The notes: a model not told the origin generated them from the sequence alone. Counted from the first letter of the stretch, positions 1-9,424 are shown. The stretch: DNA of 32,000 bases from Trichodesmium erythraeum IMS101 (GCF_000014265.1 NC_008312.1:1800001-1832000), one strand, 5' to 3'. A program made the numbers and translations.

Positions 1-735
1 AGTATTAGTGAACGAGCAAAAGTAGAGCAACTATATTGGGGATGTTTGAGAAAAATTCAAGAAATACTAAAAAGCTCTGAATATATTCCAAATGATCTGG
101 AAGAACTAGAGAAAGTCATGGCATCTATTTACTATATTAATCTTTCTGTTTTTCAATCTGCTCCTGATAGTTGGGCAATTAATCAATTATTTCCAATTAT
201 GCCTATACATAGATTAGATGAAGAACCTACTGAAAGAGTTATATTAGCCGACCTTACCTGCGATAGTGATGGAAAAATTGATCGATTTATTGATTTGCGA
301 GATATAAAATCATTACTAGAATTACACCCTCTTCAAGTTAGTAATAAATCTTCCCAATATTCTCCTATTCAAAAACTAGAAAATTCTACTACAGAAATTA
401 TTTCTGTTTTTGAACCTTACTATTTGGCAATGTTTCTTGGAGGTGCATACCAAGAAATAATGGGTAATCTCCATAATTTGTTTGGTGATGTCAATGTTGT
501 ACATATTAAATTAAATCCTTCTGGCTACAAAATTGAACACGTTGTTAAAGGTGACACAATGACAGAAGTATTGAATTATGTTCAGTATAATTCTGATGAT
601 CTAGTGGAAAATATTCGCTGTCAAACTGAGCAAGCTTTACAAGAAGAAAAAATTACCCTTAAAGAATCACGAATGCTGCTACAAAATTATGAGAGTAGTC
701 TCAGTAGTTACACTTATTTAAGTTTAAGTAACTAA
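1..735 (+). CDS. speA: Biosynthetic arginine decarboxylase, C-terminal ~245 codons (5' end lies outside the window)
   Basis: Frame 1 is open from nt 1, so the tracked start at 46 is only an internal TTG. Motifs LADLTCDSDGKIDRF, YYLAMFLGGAYQEIMGNLHNLFGD and HVVKGDTMTEVLNYVQY match the conserved C-terminal region of SpeA-type arginine decarboxylases as I remember them. Confidence 0.85.
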   Translation, partial: SISERAKVEQLYWGCLRKIQEILKSSEYIPNDLEELEKVMASIYYINLSVFQSAPDSWAINQLFPIMPIHRLDEEPTERVILADLTCDSDGKIDRFIDLRDIKSLLELHPLQVSNKSSQYSPIQKLENSTTEIISVFEPYYLAMFLGGAYQEIMGNLHNLFGDVNVVHIKLNPSGYKIEHVVKGDTMTEVLNYVQYNSDDLVENIRCQTEQALQEEKITLKESRMLLQNYESSLSSYTYLSLSN

Positions 736-1210
736 CAAAAAATTCAGTAGCTATAAATGATATTAAAGCTATTTATAATGGCTATTGACTAATACCTAAT
801 TCAATGATTTTAGAGTTAATTAGCAAACCCTAATTAAACCCACCTACTTATAATAACTATAGAACTTAAACACCCATAGAAATAGGATACTATCTGTAAC
901 GTTTAACAGCAGTTTGTTCGGAATTATAAAGAACAACACCTCTACTAAATATGGTGCTTTTGGTTAAGTGCTGAACTATTAGAAAAAACCTAAATATTTG
1001 TGGCAAAAATCTAAAAATTTGGTATCGGTAGCTGTATGTAAAGTATACAAATAATTAGAGGGAAAAAAAGCTTAGGCTACAAAAGTTTTATTATTCAAAC
1101 GTTGTAAATATAATTAATTTCCAATCCGATGTTGTAATGCTATACTCCTTGCTACCTTCTTAGCCCTTGTTCATCCACATCTATTATTAAGGGAGCAGGA
1201 CTAGCAAAAA

Positions 1211-2377
1211 CTAACCCCCATTTTCCTGCAAAATATCCTTAATTGTTTCATGTTCTGCAGGAGGAGGAGAAGGAAAAGGATGACGAGTATCAGTAATTAG
1301 CCAATCAAGGGAAGCCGCTTGAACATCAATAGATGATCCAGTCTTATCCACACAATAACGACCAAAAACCAACTTATCAACTAAGCGAACTCCTGGACCT
1401 AAACGAGAATACTCAAAAATAACACTACTATCAACAGTTGCACCACTGCAAATCCAGCAATTAGGACCAATCATACTTGGCCCAACAATTTTGGCTCCAT
1501 CTTCAATCCTGGTCATACCCCCAATATAAACAGGTCTCTTAATATCTATCTTATCCCAGTTAACGGCTACATTCAAACCAGTATAAATTCCTGGAGATAC
1601 TTCCTTTCCAGGAATAGAAACATTTTTCACTTTTCCTATGAGCACATCTCTAATTGCTTGCCAGTAGTCCGGCACCTTACCAATATCCACCCATTCAAAA
1701 TCCATTGCTACACCATAAAAAGGTGCCCCTATCTCTACCAACTTAGGGAATAACTGACTACCAATATCAAATTCCACACCAGATGGAATACAATCAAGCA
1801 CCTCTGGTTCAAAAATATAAATACCAGTATTAATATTGGTACTAAGAGCTTCTTCAACTTTTGGCTTCTCCTGAAAAGACTGAATTCGTCCTGTTTCATC
1901 TGTGACTACAACACCATAGCTAGAAACCTGTTCCCGAGGAATAGACTTCATAATTACAGTAGCCATAGCTCCTTTTTCTTTGTGCCGCTGGAGTGCTTTA
2001 GTCAAATCCAAATCTATCAAAGCGTCACCACAAAGAACTATAAAAGTATCATCAAAGTAAGGATAAAAGTCTTGAATTCTCCTCATACCACCAGCAGAAC
2101 CTAGTGCCTCCCCAATCAAGTTTCCATCCTCAATTCGCCCCTCAAAAGAATAAGCAATGTTGACCCCAAATCTTTGCCCGTCGCGAAAATAGTTCTCTAT
2201 TTCTTTTGCTAAATGACTAACGTTAACCATAATTTGGTCAAAACCATGTTTACGAAGCAACTCTACAAGGAATTCCATTACTGGTTTTTGCAGAATAGGA
2301 ATCATCGGTTTAGGAATGCGATAAGTAATTGGACGAATACGAGTTCCTTTACCGGCAGCCAGAATCATGGCTTTCAT
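1211..2377 (-). CDS. Sugar-1-phosphate nucleotidyltransferase (mannose-1-phosphate guanylyltransferase-like) with a C-terminal hexapeptide-repeat region
   Basis: The N-terminus MKAMILAAGKGTRIRPITYRIPKPMIPI carries the G-x-G-T-R signature of NDP-sugar pyrophosphorylases. The C-terminal third (IGPNCWICSGATVDSSVIFEYSRLGPGVRL) looks like a left-handed beta-helix. The 388-aa ORF is uninterrupted. Confidence 0.8.
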   Translation of the reverse strand: MKAMILAAGKGTRIRPITYRIPKPMIPILQKPVMEFLVELLRKHGFDQIMVNVSHLAKEIENYFRDGQRFGVNIAYSFEGRIEDGNLIGEALGSAGGMRRIQDFYPYFDDTFIVLCGDALIDLDLTKALQRHKEKGAMATVIMKSIPREQVSSYGVVVTDETGRIQSFQEKPKVEEALSTNINTGIYIFEPEVLDCIPSGVEFDIGSQLFPKLVEIGAPFYGVAMDFEWVDIGKVPDYWQAIRDVLIGKVKNVSIPGKEVSPGIYTGLNVAVNWDKIDIKRPVYIGGMTRIEDGAKIVGPSMIGPNCWICSGATVDSSVIFEYSRLGPGVRLVDKLVFGRYCVDKTGSSIDVQAASLDWLITDTRHPFPSPPPAEHETIKDILQENGG

Positions 2378-2727
2378 TTTATTTCCTCCACCTTAAAAAT
2401 GCCAAAAAGACTAAAATACTTATTATTCTGTTCTAAGCTCATACTTATTCTATTAAAACCTTACTTCAACAGGTAGAAAAGCAGAGTGATAGTTTTTCAC
2501 TTTCCTAATTAAAAAGTAAATCCCTCAATTTTTATCTAACAAAATTTGTTGATATTAATAGTACACAATTCTATTGTTGGACATAATCTTTCCAGTTCAT
2601 CAAAATGTTAATTGTTTCCCCGCGCTCTGCTATAAGGAAGCTAGGGCATGAAAACCAATCAATATTGTAGTTTCAAACATAATCTATGAAAATATAATAA
2701 AAGTGTAAATGTTCAGGAATTAAGCTT

Positions 2728-3860
2728 ATGATGGTTGAAAAAGCTGAAAAATTTATGTTTTATCCTACTTCTTAGCAACAAGTCTTATTGCACAGAACTT
2801 CAGTTTGTGTAAGCCTTTTCTAAAATAAACTTTTAACAGCAAGAATTAATACATACCATGAGAATGAAGAACAAATAAGCTATCAACAAATCTCAACTAT
2901 GCTTAATTCTAAAGAAAAGCAAAAAGATTTAATTTTGATCACAGAAGTTAGTTGTATACCATTACAACAAAGTGTGAGATATTTACAAACTGCTGTTACT
3001 AACTTTTTCAGTGGACATACCACATATCCTAACTTCAAAAAAAAAAAAGAAATAGTGGTAGTGTAGAATTAATAAAATCTGATTTTAAGTGGGAAAATAG
3101 TCAAGTTTATCTAGCCAAATGTTCTGAGCCACGACTTATAAAATGGAGCAGAAAATTACTGATTGGTTGTATTCCAACCAAAATAAAAGTAAAGCTTACC
3201 TCCAAAAGCAGGTGGTTTGTATCTCTGAGAGTTAATAATACTAGAGATTTGATTCTCAAGCCATTAACCAAACAGTAGGTATTGATATAGGAATTAATCA
3301 CCTTTTAACTACCAGTTATCGAAAAAACCTAGAAAACCCAAGAAATTTTCAGAAGTTACACAAAAAAAATCAGATATATTCAAAAGTCTCTAGCTAAAAA
3401 AACGATTTTGAGTCTAATAACTATAACAAAGCGCGACTTAAAGTAAGTAAGATACACTCTAAAATTAAAGATTTAAGACTTGAGAATACCTATAAACTAA
3501 CTACTCAAATAATTACAGAAAATCAAACTTTAGTCGTTGAGGACTTACTTACTTACTTAGCAGTAAAAACGTGGTTAAAAGCCATAACCCACCCCGAGCA
3601 AGAGGGGTGGGCAGTGATGCTAATTGGGGAGAGTTAGTCACTCAACTAGATTATTAGGCTGAATGGTATGGACAAGAGTTAATCAAAATTGATAGATATT
3701 TTACTAGTTCCAAGGGTTACTCTCATTATTGAAGCTAGCCTAACCTACCCCCAAGATGGGTCGTTGTAGTAGACTGTAAAAAGTCAACCTGTATCAGAGA
3801 TGTGGCTCGGTCACTCGTGCCTAAAGCTAGGGAAGAATCTCAAATGAGATATCAAACCAT
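2728..3860 (+). pseudogene. tnpB: Degraded IS200/IS605-family TnpB (OrfB) gene, apparently without a tnpA partner
   Basis: Translation from ATG 2728 gives MMVEKAEKFMFYPTS*QQVLLHRTSVCVSLF*NKLLTARINTYHENEEQISYQQISTMLN...IPLQQSVRYLQTAVTNFFSGHTTYPNFKKKK. After frameshifts it continues QVYLAKCSEPRLIKWSRKLLIGCIPTKIKVKLTSKSRWFVSLRV, ENQTLVVEDL and NWGELVTQLDY*AEWYGQELIKIDRYFTSSKGYSHY*. This is collinear with cyanobacterial TnpB proteins as I remember them. In-frame stops include TAG at 2773-2775. There are several frameshifts, one next to an A12 run at 3037-3048. The zinc-ribbon/RuvC-III segment appears to be deleted. Confidence 0.8.
3588..3611. other. GC-rich perfect hairpin (8-bp stem CCCACCCC/GGGGTGGG, 8-nt loop) embedded in the TnpB relic
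   Basis: Read directly: cccacccc gagcaaga ggggtggg. It sits where TnpB homologues would normally encode the KLAKAISDA-like segment, so it looks like a small replacement or insertion. It is compositionally foreign to the AT-rich surroundings. Confidence 0.6.
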
Positions 3861-3875
3861 CCGTTGGTTATTTAT

Positions 3876-3912
3876 TAACAGTGAAAAGTTGGGCTAACCT
3901 TTTTAACTGTTA
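3876..3912. other. Long imperfect hairpin at the right boundary of the TnpB relic; candidate IS right-end structure or terminator
   Basis: The arms TAACAGTgAAAAG and CTTTTtaACTGTTA give 7+5 paired bp around a ~10-nt loop that can pair further (GTT/AAC). IS200/IS605 ends are known to carry subterminal imperfect palindromes. The functional assignment is inference. Confidence 0.3.
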
Positions 3913-4102
3913 CTTTTGTCTCCATAGCTTTTGCCTATAAAGCGACCAATTTTTTTTACGCAACTCATCTGTGCCTAAATATTTTCTGTCTTTTTGCTTC
4001 CTATTATCACCCATAAGACTCCTAGCAGTAAGTCTTAATTAGAAGAGGTAAATAATTTTGGTTATCCATTCACTATAGTACTATACCATTGTCTTTAAGG
4101 GA

Positions 4103-4957
4103 TTAAATCTTATCATCTAAAACCTTTTGCTCTTGCGAATGTGATGAAATAGTATGGATTTTGATTTCTTGGTAAAATTCTTCTTGAGATAACTCTATTT
4201 TAGACTGAGCAGACAGTAGGAGTAATGCCCAAAATGCACCTACTCGATCAGACTTTACTTGGACATTTATCTGTTCATTTTGTTGTTTTTCAGCTTTTAA
4301 ATCTAATCTTAAAGACCACAATTCTAAAAGATTTTCAAATTCTAAATAACCTTCACTTATCTGTGGCCATTTTTCCAGAAGAAACTCTTCTAGATCTTTT
4401 GCTGTTTCAACTAAATTTTCTTGGTGAGCTAATTCTGCAATTACTTTTGCCGTTTGTGCTCGTGCTTTTGAAGTAGTTTTGCGAGTACGAGGAAGTGCTT
4501 TTCTATTTTCTATAGCAGCTCCAATAAGCTGTAACTGCTCAATTAATTCTTGAAGGGTAACTCTACGTTTTCTAGGGGAAGGAGCTACAGCGCGACGACG
4601 CAATTGTTGCTCAAGTTTTGGTGTGATTTTTGGTGTTTCAAAATTTTCTGCTTCTGGAATTTGTACTATTTCAGATATTTCCGAATTATTTTCAGATGAT
4701 TCTGAATTAGCCAGGTGATCTGCTTTGAGCCATACTAATATAGATGCGTACAAAAATGCTTGGCCTGACTGATATAAGTTATCAAAATCGTCACTTCCAG
4801 AAATATTTGATTCAGGAGTAAGTTTACTTAAGTAGCGATCAATTACTTCAATTACTTGGACATCCCAAGGATTAATTTCTCCTTTTTCCGCTAGGTTTGT
4901 TAATAGGGCTATTCCTTCTGAAAGAGTTTCTGAAACTTGGGGGACTCCAATTATCAT
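4103..4957 (-). CDS. scpA: Segregation and condensation protein A (kleisin partner of SMC)
   Basis: The N-terminal LLTNLAEKGEINPWDVQVIEVIDRYL motif is typical of ScpA. The ORF is 284 aa with an acidic/basic linker in the middle, as in cyanobacterial ScpA. Confidence 0.8.
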   Translation of the reverse strand: MIIGVPQVSETLSEGIALLTNLAEKGEINPWDVQVIEVIDRYLSKLTPESNISGSDDFDNLYQSGQAFLYASILVWLKADHLANSESSENNSEISEIVQIPEAENFETPKITPKLEQQLRRRAVAPSPRKRRVTLQELIEQLQLIGAAIENRKALPRTRKTTSKARAQTAKVIAELAHQENLVETAKDLEEFLLEKWPQISEGYLEFENLLELWSLRLDLKAEKQQNEQINVQVKSDRVGAFWALLLLSAQSKIELSQEEFYQEIKIHTISSHSQEQKVLDDKI

Positions 4958-5345
4958 AGCCGTAGTTTTTTTTCTCTACTTTACTGTTGCTTGATCAGGC
5001 TTAAAAACATAGACTATACTAGATAAATATCTACTCTCTTAATATCTATGTTTTCATGCTATTAATTTTTATTATTAGTATACGTCTGCTAATACTAAAG
5101 GATTTTAGCAACGATTATGAAGTGTTTTACATTTAACTTTTAATATTATCTATATTTTGAATATAGTAGACTTTGAAATATCAATAATTATCAGACTATC
5201 CTGAAAATTTATTTACCTTCAATCCCACACTTTCTGATCAGCATAGGATTATTTTAAGTGAAAATATTAAGGATAGTCAAAGATAGTATAATACAAATAC
5301 AAGTAACTAATGAAATCAAAAGTCATAACTAAACTAATTATACTT

Positions 5346-5720
5346 TTATTTAGGAGCTTCTGCTTCAGTAGATTTTACTAGATCAGACAAAGTTTCTGCT
5401 ACAGGCAAACTAGCTCTTTGTTTGAGTTCCTCTTCATACCTTTCTACATCTTCTTGTAATTCTTGAATACGCTTATTTCTGCTACTAATTTCTCGCATCT
5501 GTCTAAAACTTTCTATAGTATATTGTATTCTTGACCATAAATTGAATAGCCATGCCAGAACTGCTCCTAATCCTATGGCAATCAAAAGTTCTACAGATAA
5601 TGGAGCTTCTAACTCAATACCTTCAATAAGCTTAACAGTAGTTAGTTGGGTATTTTGTAATGTGAATATAACTAATGCTAAACAAACTAAAAAAATCAGC
5701 AAAAAGTTTATCTGTTTCAT
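5346..5720 (-). CDS. LapA-domain (DUF1049-like) small membrane protein with a C-terminal coiled coil
   Basis: Two predicted transmembrane helices (FLLIFLVCLALVIFTL and LLIAIGLGAVLAWLF) are followed by the charged helix NKRIQELQEDVERYEEELKQ. The family call is from memory of this architecture. Confidence 0.6.
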   Translation of the reverse strand: MKQINFLLIFLVCLALVIFTLQNTQLTTVKLIEGIELEAPLSVELLIAIGLGAVLAWLFNLWSRIQYTIESFRQMREISSRNKRIQELQEDVERYEEELKQRASLPVAETLSDLVKSTEAEAPK

Positions 5721-5825
5721 TGTTTTTATCTCAACTTATGCTTGCAATAGTAAATAATAACTTAGGTAATATATGAAAGATGTAAATTGGCAACATATTT
5801 TGTTATGCTAATCATAATATTAACA

Positions 5826-5849
5826 GTTATGATATATTTATATCATGAC
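5826..5849 (-). terminator. Candidate terminator hairpin just downstream of the 5868..6614 gene
   Basis: gttatgatata tt tatatcatgac forms a 10-11 bp stem with one G-U position. It lies 19 nt after the minus-strand stop and is followed on the minus strand by a partly U-rich tract (tgttaatatt). It is AT-rich and weak. Confidence 0.3.
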
Positions 5850-5867
5850 TATCTTAGGACTAACTAT

Positions 5868-6614
5868 TTAATTTTTACTTATTCCTAAAGTAGGTAATAT
5901 TTTATATTTTAAAGCTATACCTATACAAATAAATAAACTGATTAAAATTGCACCAATTCCTATGGGGCTAGGAATCCAAAATACTACATCCAATGAATTG
6001 ATTTCTCCAGGGTTAAGTTTCCAGACAATTTCCCGATTATTTTGATAGTTAATTGTATTATTTTCACTTGATTGGATATTGCTAAAACCCCAAGGTGTAA
6101 TTAACTTAAAATCCATATCTAAGAACTCATCTGGATTAATTTTAACTTTACTATCAGATTGAGATAATCGCAAATCTAATTTCATACTCAATTTATTCCG
6201 TAATGCTACAAAAAAATTATTCTGGCTCACATTAACGTGAGATGATAATTTGGGTAAATTTGCTGCCATCCCTGTAGAAGAATTTTGATATTCTACTGAA
6301 TCCTGATTTTGAAAAAAACTATTGAACTTTTCTTCCAACTCAGTACCATTATAAAAAGGTATTGTAACTACAACTTCCTCCTTAGATATTCTTTGAGTTT
6401 TTCCTTGCAATTGATAAGCTCTAGTTTCTAAACTTTTAAACCAGTCAGAAACTATCTCACTACTAAAATTTCGTAACTTATTTGCTAGTTTAATATGTTG
6501 AACAATCTCACCGTGACTTTGACTTTGAAAATTTATTCCTACTTCATATTGAACACATCCACTCAGTAGTAAAACTGCTAAAAAACTAATAACAATCACT
6601 TTCATTATTTTCAT
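5868..6614 (-). CDS. Putative lipoprotein with a C-terminal membrane anchor (DUF3153-like cyanobacterial family)
   Basis: A signal peptide with lipobox (VISFLAVLLLSGC) is followed by VQYEVGINFQSQSHGEIVQHIKL, which I recall as DUF3153-like. There is a C-terminal transmembrane helix (IGIGAILISLFICIGIAL). Confidence 0.6.
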   Translation of the reverse strand: MKIMKVIVISFLAVLLLSGCVQYEVGINFQSQSHGEIVQHIKLANKLRNFSSEIVSDWFKSLETRAYQLQGKTQRISKEEVVVTIPFYNGTELEEKFNSFFQNQDSVEYQNSSTGMAANLPKLSSHVNVSQNNFFVALRNKLSMKLDLRLSQSDSKVKINPDEFLDMDFKLITPWGFSNIQSSENNTINYQNNREIVWKLNPGEINSLDVVFWIPSPIGIGAILISLFICIGIALKYKILPTLGISKN

Positions 6615-6616
6615 AT

Positions 6617-6856
6617 CTAAGCCTGCCTTGTTACCACACCTAAATTTTTGAATAAGATAGATAGTAAATAGTAACTACCACTAACTAACTCTGGAAAATT
6701 GTCAATATCTACTGAATTTTGAAATGCTTGAAAAATATTATTTACTACCATTATACTTTTAAATATGTCTTTTATTTTACCGTTTTCTGCATAAAAATTG
6801 GATGCACAGTCTCTCGCACCCATCAGGCTATTTTTTAGTTGTTTTTGTGAATTCAT
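6617..6856 (-). CDS. Hypothetical 79-aa protein, possibly co-transcribed with the downstream lipoprotein gene
   Basis: The ORF ends 2 nt before the ATG of the 5868..6614 gene. I recognise no motif, so it could be a relic or spurious. Confidence 0.3.
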   Translation of the reverse strand: MNSQKQLKNSLMGARDCASNFYAENGKIKDIFKSIMVVNNIFQAFQNSVDIDNFPELVSGSYYLLSILFKNLGVVTRQA

Positions 6857-7419
6857 ATCTTAGGACCTGTTGGAAAAGTTCAAAAAATAACTACCCATAA
6901 TAATATTTATAAAGTGTTGATAAAAGAAATATTAAACCCAAGGATAGGGTGGGTAAGACAACAATACTTAAATATCGGAACCAAAATTAAACTATCCGCC
7001 GTAACCGACCAATCTTAAACACTATAGCTGCATTAATATCAGCTCTTACATTCAGTGTAATACGTGCTGGTAGATTAAAATGATTAGGGGAAGCAGATTA
7101 AAAGTGGATCAATATTTTTAACCCTTCCTGTTTGAATATACAGTATCAACTAAATCCTCAATTTTAGTGAAAATATTTTCAAATAACACAACCCAGTTTA
7201 CTTTGGTCAATTAATATCAGATCCACTCCTTCTTTCTTTAGCTTGAATTTGTAGAGATTTTAAACAATTATTAAATAATTATTATCAAATTTTGAGGAGT
7301 TATCCTTAATTGATAAATAGTAAATTTCTACAGCTTCAGCTTTTTGAATGTTATATGCTAGGTCGATAATTTACTCTAAAGTTAATTCACTCACAATAAT
7401 TTTTATTTAATTTTCTTTC

Positions 7420-7779
7420 CTAGAATTCATTATAGCTTGCTAAAGCAGCCTGCTCACTATCACGTTTAGAACCTAGTAACTCTAGTTGGTATACTCTAAT
7501 TACTGGCTTGGAACGATTGGCCCCTGTATTACGGTCTTGCCAATAATCAAACTTCAAGGAGCCTTTGACTCCTATCAAGCTACCTTTACGAACATAGTCA
7601 GCAGCAACTTCTGCATTTCTATCCCACATTTCTAAATCAAACCAGTCTGGTTGGTCAGTCTTTTTAGATCGACGATTTACAGCTAAAGCAAAACTACAAA
7701 CCACACTACCTGACTCAAAATATTTAACTTCTGGGTCTCTACCTGCCCTACCAACCAAAGTTACGACATTTAAACTCAT
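7420..7779 (-). CDS. ssb: Single-stranded DNA-binding protein, short form (OB fold only)
   Basis: MSLNVVTLVGRAGRDPEVKYFESGSVVCSFALAVNRR...WFDLEMWDRNAEVAADYVRKGSLIGVKGSL is a canonical SSB OB fold. The protein is only 119 aa and ends ...ASYNEF, with no Gly/Pro-rich linker and no acidic DDDIPF-type tip. Confidence 0.9.
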   Translation of the reverse strand: MSLNVVTLVGRAGRDPEVKYFESGSVVCSFALAVNRRSKKTDQPDWFDLEMWDRNAEVAADYVRKGSLIGVKGSLKFDYWQDRNTGANRSKPVIRVYQLELLGSKRDSEQAALASYNEF

Positions 7780-8386
7780 ATACTATATATTATTTATTAA
7801 TTAATGAACTTCTAATTTGACCAAAAAACTAGGTTAAAAACTTTGGCCTACAATAGCAGCTTCCTATTATAATATAGATAAGCGAAAAGATAATCAACTA
7901 CTGTAAAACCTAACTATCTGTTCTCTAGACACACCAAACAACGAACTTAGTCAAGTTTCTTCAGCAAGTGAACTCTACCTTAAGGGTTATGGAAATAGGC
8001 TTTGGAAATAGAACAATAGCCTAGAATAGAGAGCTATCATATGGGGATATTGTATTGCCGGTATTGAATTTAATTGGTTTGAATGAACTAAAAATTCTAG
8101 ATTCTCAAGATAATTTTTATGTCTTGAGGTCAGAAACTAGATTAAATCTACGAAAATACTCTGAGAGGACTAATTGCTCAAGCTACTCCCAATCTCATAC
8201 TTCCTCCGGATTTGGTCCCCATTGTGTCGCACTAAGAAATCAAGGAAAGTTAAACATACTTATATCATTTTTGATACAGTCCAACTATACTGAGGAATAA
8301 AAAACAATATAAAATTTACCTCAGATATATGTATTTATAAATTATTACATCAAGAATTAAGATTTGATATTGGGGGTCAAAATCTA

Positions 8387-9424
8387 GTGGGTCTGATAAA
8401 TCGCTTTTCCTTGTCTCGGGACATGGGAATTGACTTAGGTACTGCGAACACACTTGTATATGTATCTGGCAAAGGTATTGTTCTTCAGGAGCCATCTGTG
8501 GTAGCTATTGATCAGGAACAAAAAACTTCTATTGCAGTTGGGGAAGAAGCTAAAAGGATGTTAGGGCGAACTCCATCTAATGTAATTGCAATGAGACCTC
8601 TAAGGGATGGGGTCATAGCTGATTTTGATACAGCAGAATTAATGCTGAAACATTTTATCAGGCGAGTCCATGAAGGAAGAGCCTTAGTATCTCCAAGAAT
8701 TGTTATTGGTATTCCTAGCGGAGTAACTGGTGTAGAAAGACGAGCTGTAATGGAAGCCGCTGCTCAAGCTGGTGCTAGGGATGTACGGTTAATTGATGAA
8801 CCTGTTGCTGCTGCTATTGGGGCGGGGTTGCCTGTGGCCGAACCTACTGGCAATATGATTGTGGATATTGGTGGAGGAACTACAGAAGTTGCTGTTCTTA
8901 GTTTACAAGGTACAGTTCTAAGTGAGTCTGTGCGTGTAGCTGGGGATGAATTGAATGATGCTGTTACTCAGTATATGAAAAAAGTTCATAACTTGGTCAT
9001 AGGTGAGCGAACTGCAGAAGATATTAAGATTCAATTGGGTTCAGCTTATCCCTCTCAGGATGATAATGAGGCAACGATGGAAGTTAGGGGTCTACATTTA
9101 TTATCAGGTTTGCCTAGAATTGTTACAGTCAAAGCTGCTGAAATTCGAGAAAGTCTAATTGAACCTTTATCTATAGTTGTAGACGCAGTTAAGCGAACTT
9201 TGGAACGTACTCCTCCTGAACTAGCCGCAGATATTATAGATAGGGGTATTATGTTAGCTGGTGGTGGTGCTTTGTTAAAGGGGATAGATACTTTAATTAG
9301 CCATGAAACTGGTATTGTCACTCATATTGCTGCAGACCCTCTTTGTTGTGTAGTGTTGGGCACTGGCCGTGTTTTAGAGAATTTTAAACAGCTTGAAAGG
9401 TTTTTCAGTGGGCCAGTTCGCTAA
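8387..9424 (+). CDS. mreB: Rod-shape-determining actin homologue MreB
   Basis: The start is GTG. Motifs GIDLGTANTLVYV, DEPVAAAIGAGL and DIGGGTTEVAVLS are the actin-fold phosphate and adenosine motifs of MreB. Confidence 0.95.
   Translation: MGLINRFSLSRDMGIDLGTANTLVYVSGKGIVLQEPSVVAIDQEQKTSIAVGEEAKRMLGRTPSNVIAMRPLRDGVIADFDTAELMLKHFIRRVHEGRALVSPRIVIGIPSGVTGVERRAVMEAAAQAGARDVRLIDEPVAAAIGAGLPVAEPTGNMIVDIGGGTTEVAVLSLQGTVLSESVRVAGDELNDAVTQYMKKVHNLVIGERTAEDIKIQLGSAYPSQDDNEATMEVRGLHLLSGLPRIVTVKAAEIRESLIEPLSIVVDAVKRTLERTPPELAADIIDRGIMLAGGGALLKGIDTLISHETGIVTHIAADPLCCVVLGTGRVLENFKQLERFFSGPVR

Noticed and set aside
2213-2476. Tracked ORFs that lie antisense to or overlap strong genes: 2213..2476(+), 4225..4476(+), 5542..5757(+), 9055..9321(-), 15426..15659(+), 19159..19389(+), 19353..19622(+), 19850..20032(+), 20613..20972(+), 24847..25035(+), 25560..25781(+), 26997..27182(-), 27418..27714(-)
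   Set aside because: Each overlaps, on the opposite strand, a gene with clear family signatures. Their sequences are low-complexity and Phe/Leu/Ile/Ser-rich, as expected from the antisense of AT-rich coding DNA, and none has a recognisable motif.
2467-2481. 15-nt inverted match between 2467-2481 (tagaaaagcagagtg) and 28164-28178
   Set aside because: By rough calculation, several 15-mer coincidences are expected among all position pairs in 32 kb of AT-rich DNA, and there is no extended similarity around the match.
2485-2508. Recurring GTTTTCAC(TTT[T/C]CTAAT) motif at about 2490, 11655, 15353 and 18818
   Set aside because: The shared core is only 8-9 nt and AT-rich, so the observed count is close to chance expectation. 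Only the 2490 and 18818 copies extend further (about 17 of 18 nt), which is not enough to call a repeat family.
3107-3301. 64-aa minus-strand ORF
   Set aside because: It lies antisense to the clearly TnpB-like plus-strand relic, so it is an artefact of a decayed region.
4014-4037. Hairpin TAAGACT-(10 nt)-AGTCTTA about 65 nt downstream of scpA as a terminator
   Set aside because: The stem is short and AT-rich, and no U-tract follows it on the minus strand.
7200-7400. Possible decayed small gene downstream of ssb on the minus strand (VSELTLE*IIDLAYNIQKAEAVEIYYLSIKDNSSKF..., in frame apart from one TAA)
   Set aside because: It is only a vague resemblance to short antitoxin-like proteins, and I cannot name a family. 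It is too weak to list as a pseudogene.
8055-8300. 81-aa plus-strand ORF in the ssb/mreB divergent spacer
   Set aside because: It has no motif, an implausible composition, a non-ATG start and no ribosome-binding site that I can see. It is probably promoter or spacer DNA for the divergent ssb and mreB genes.
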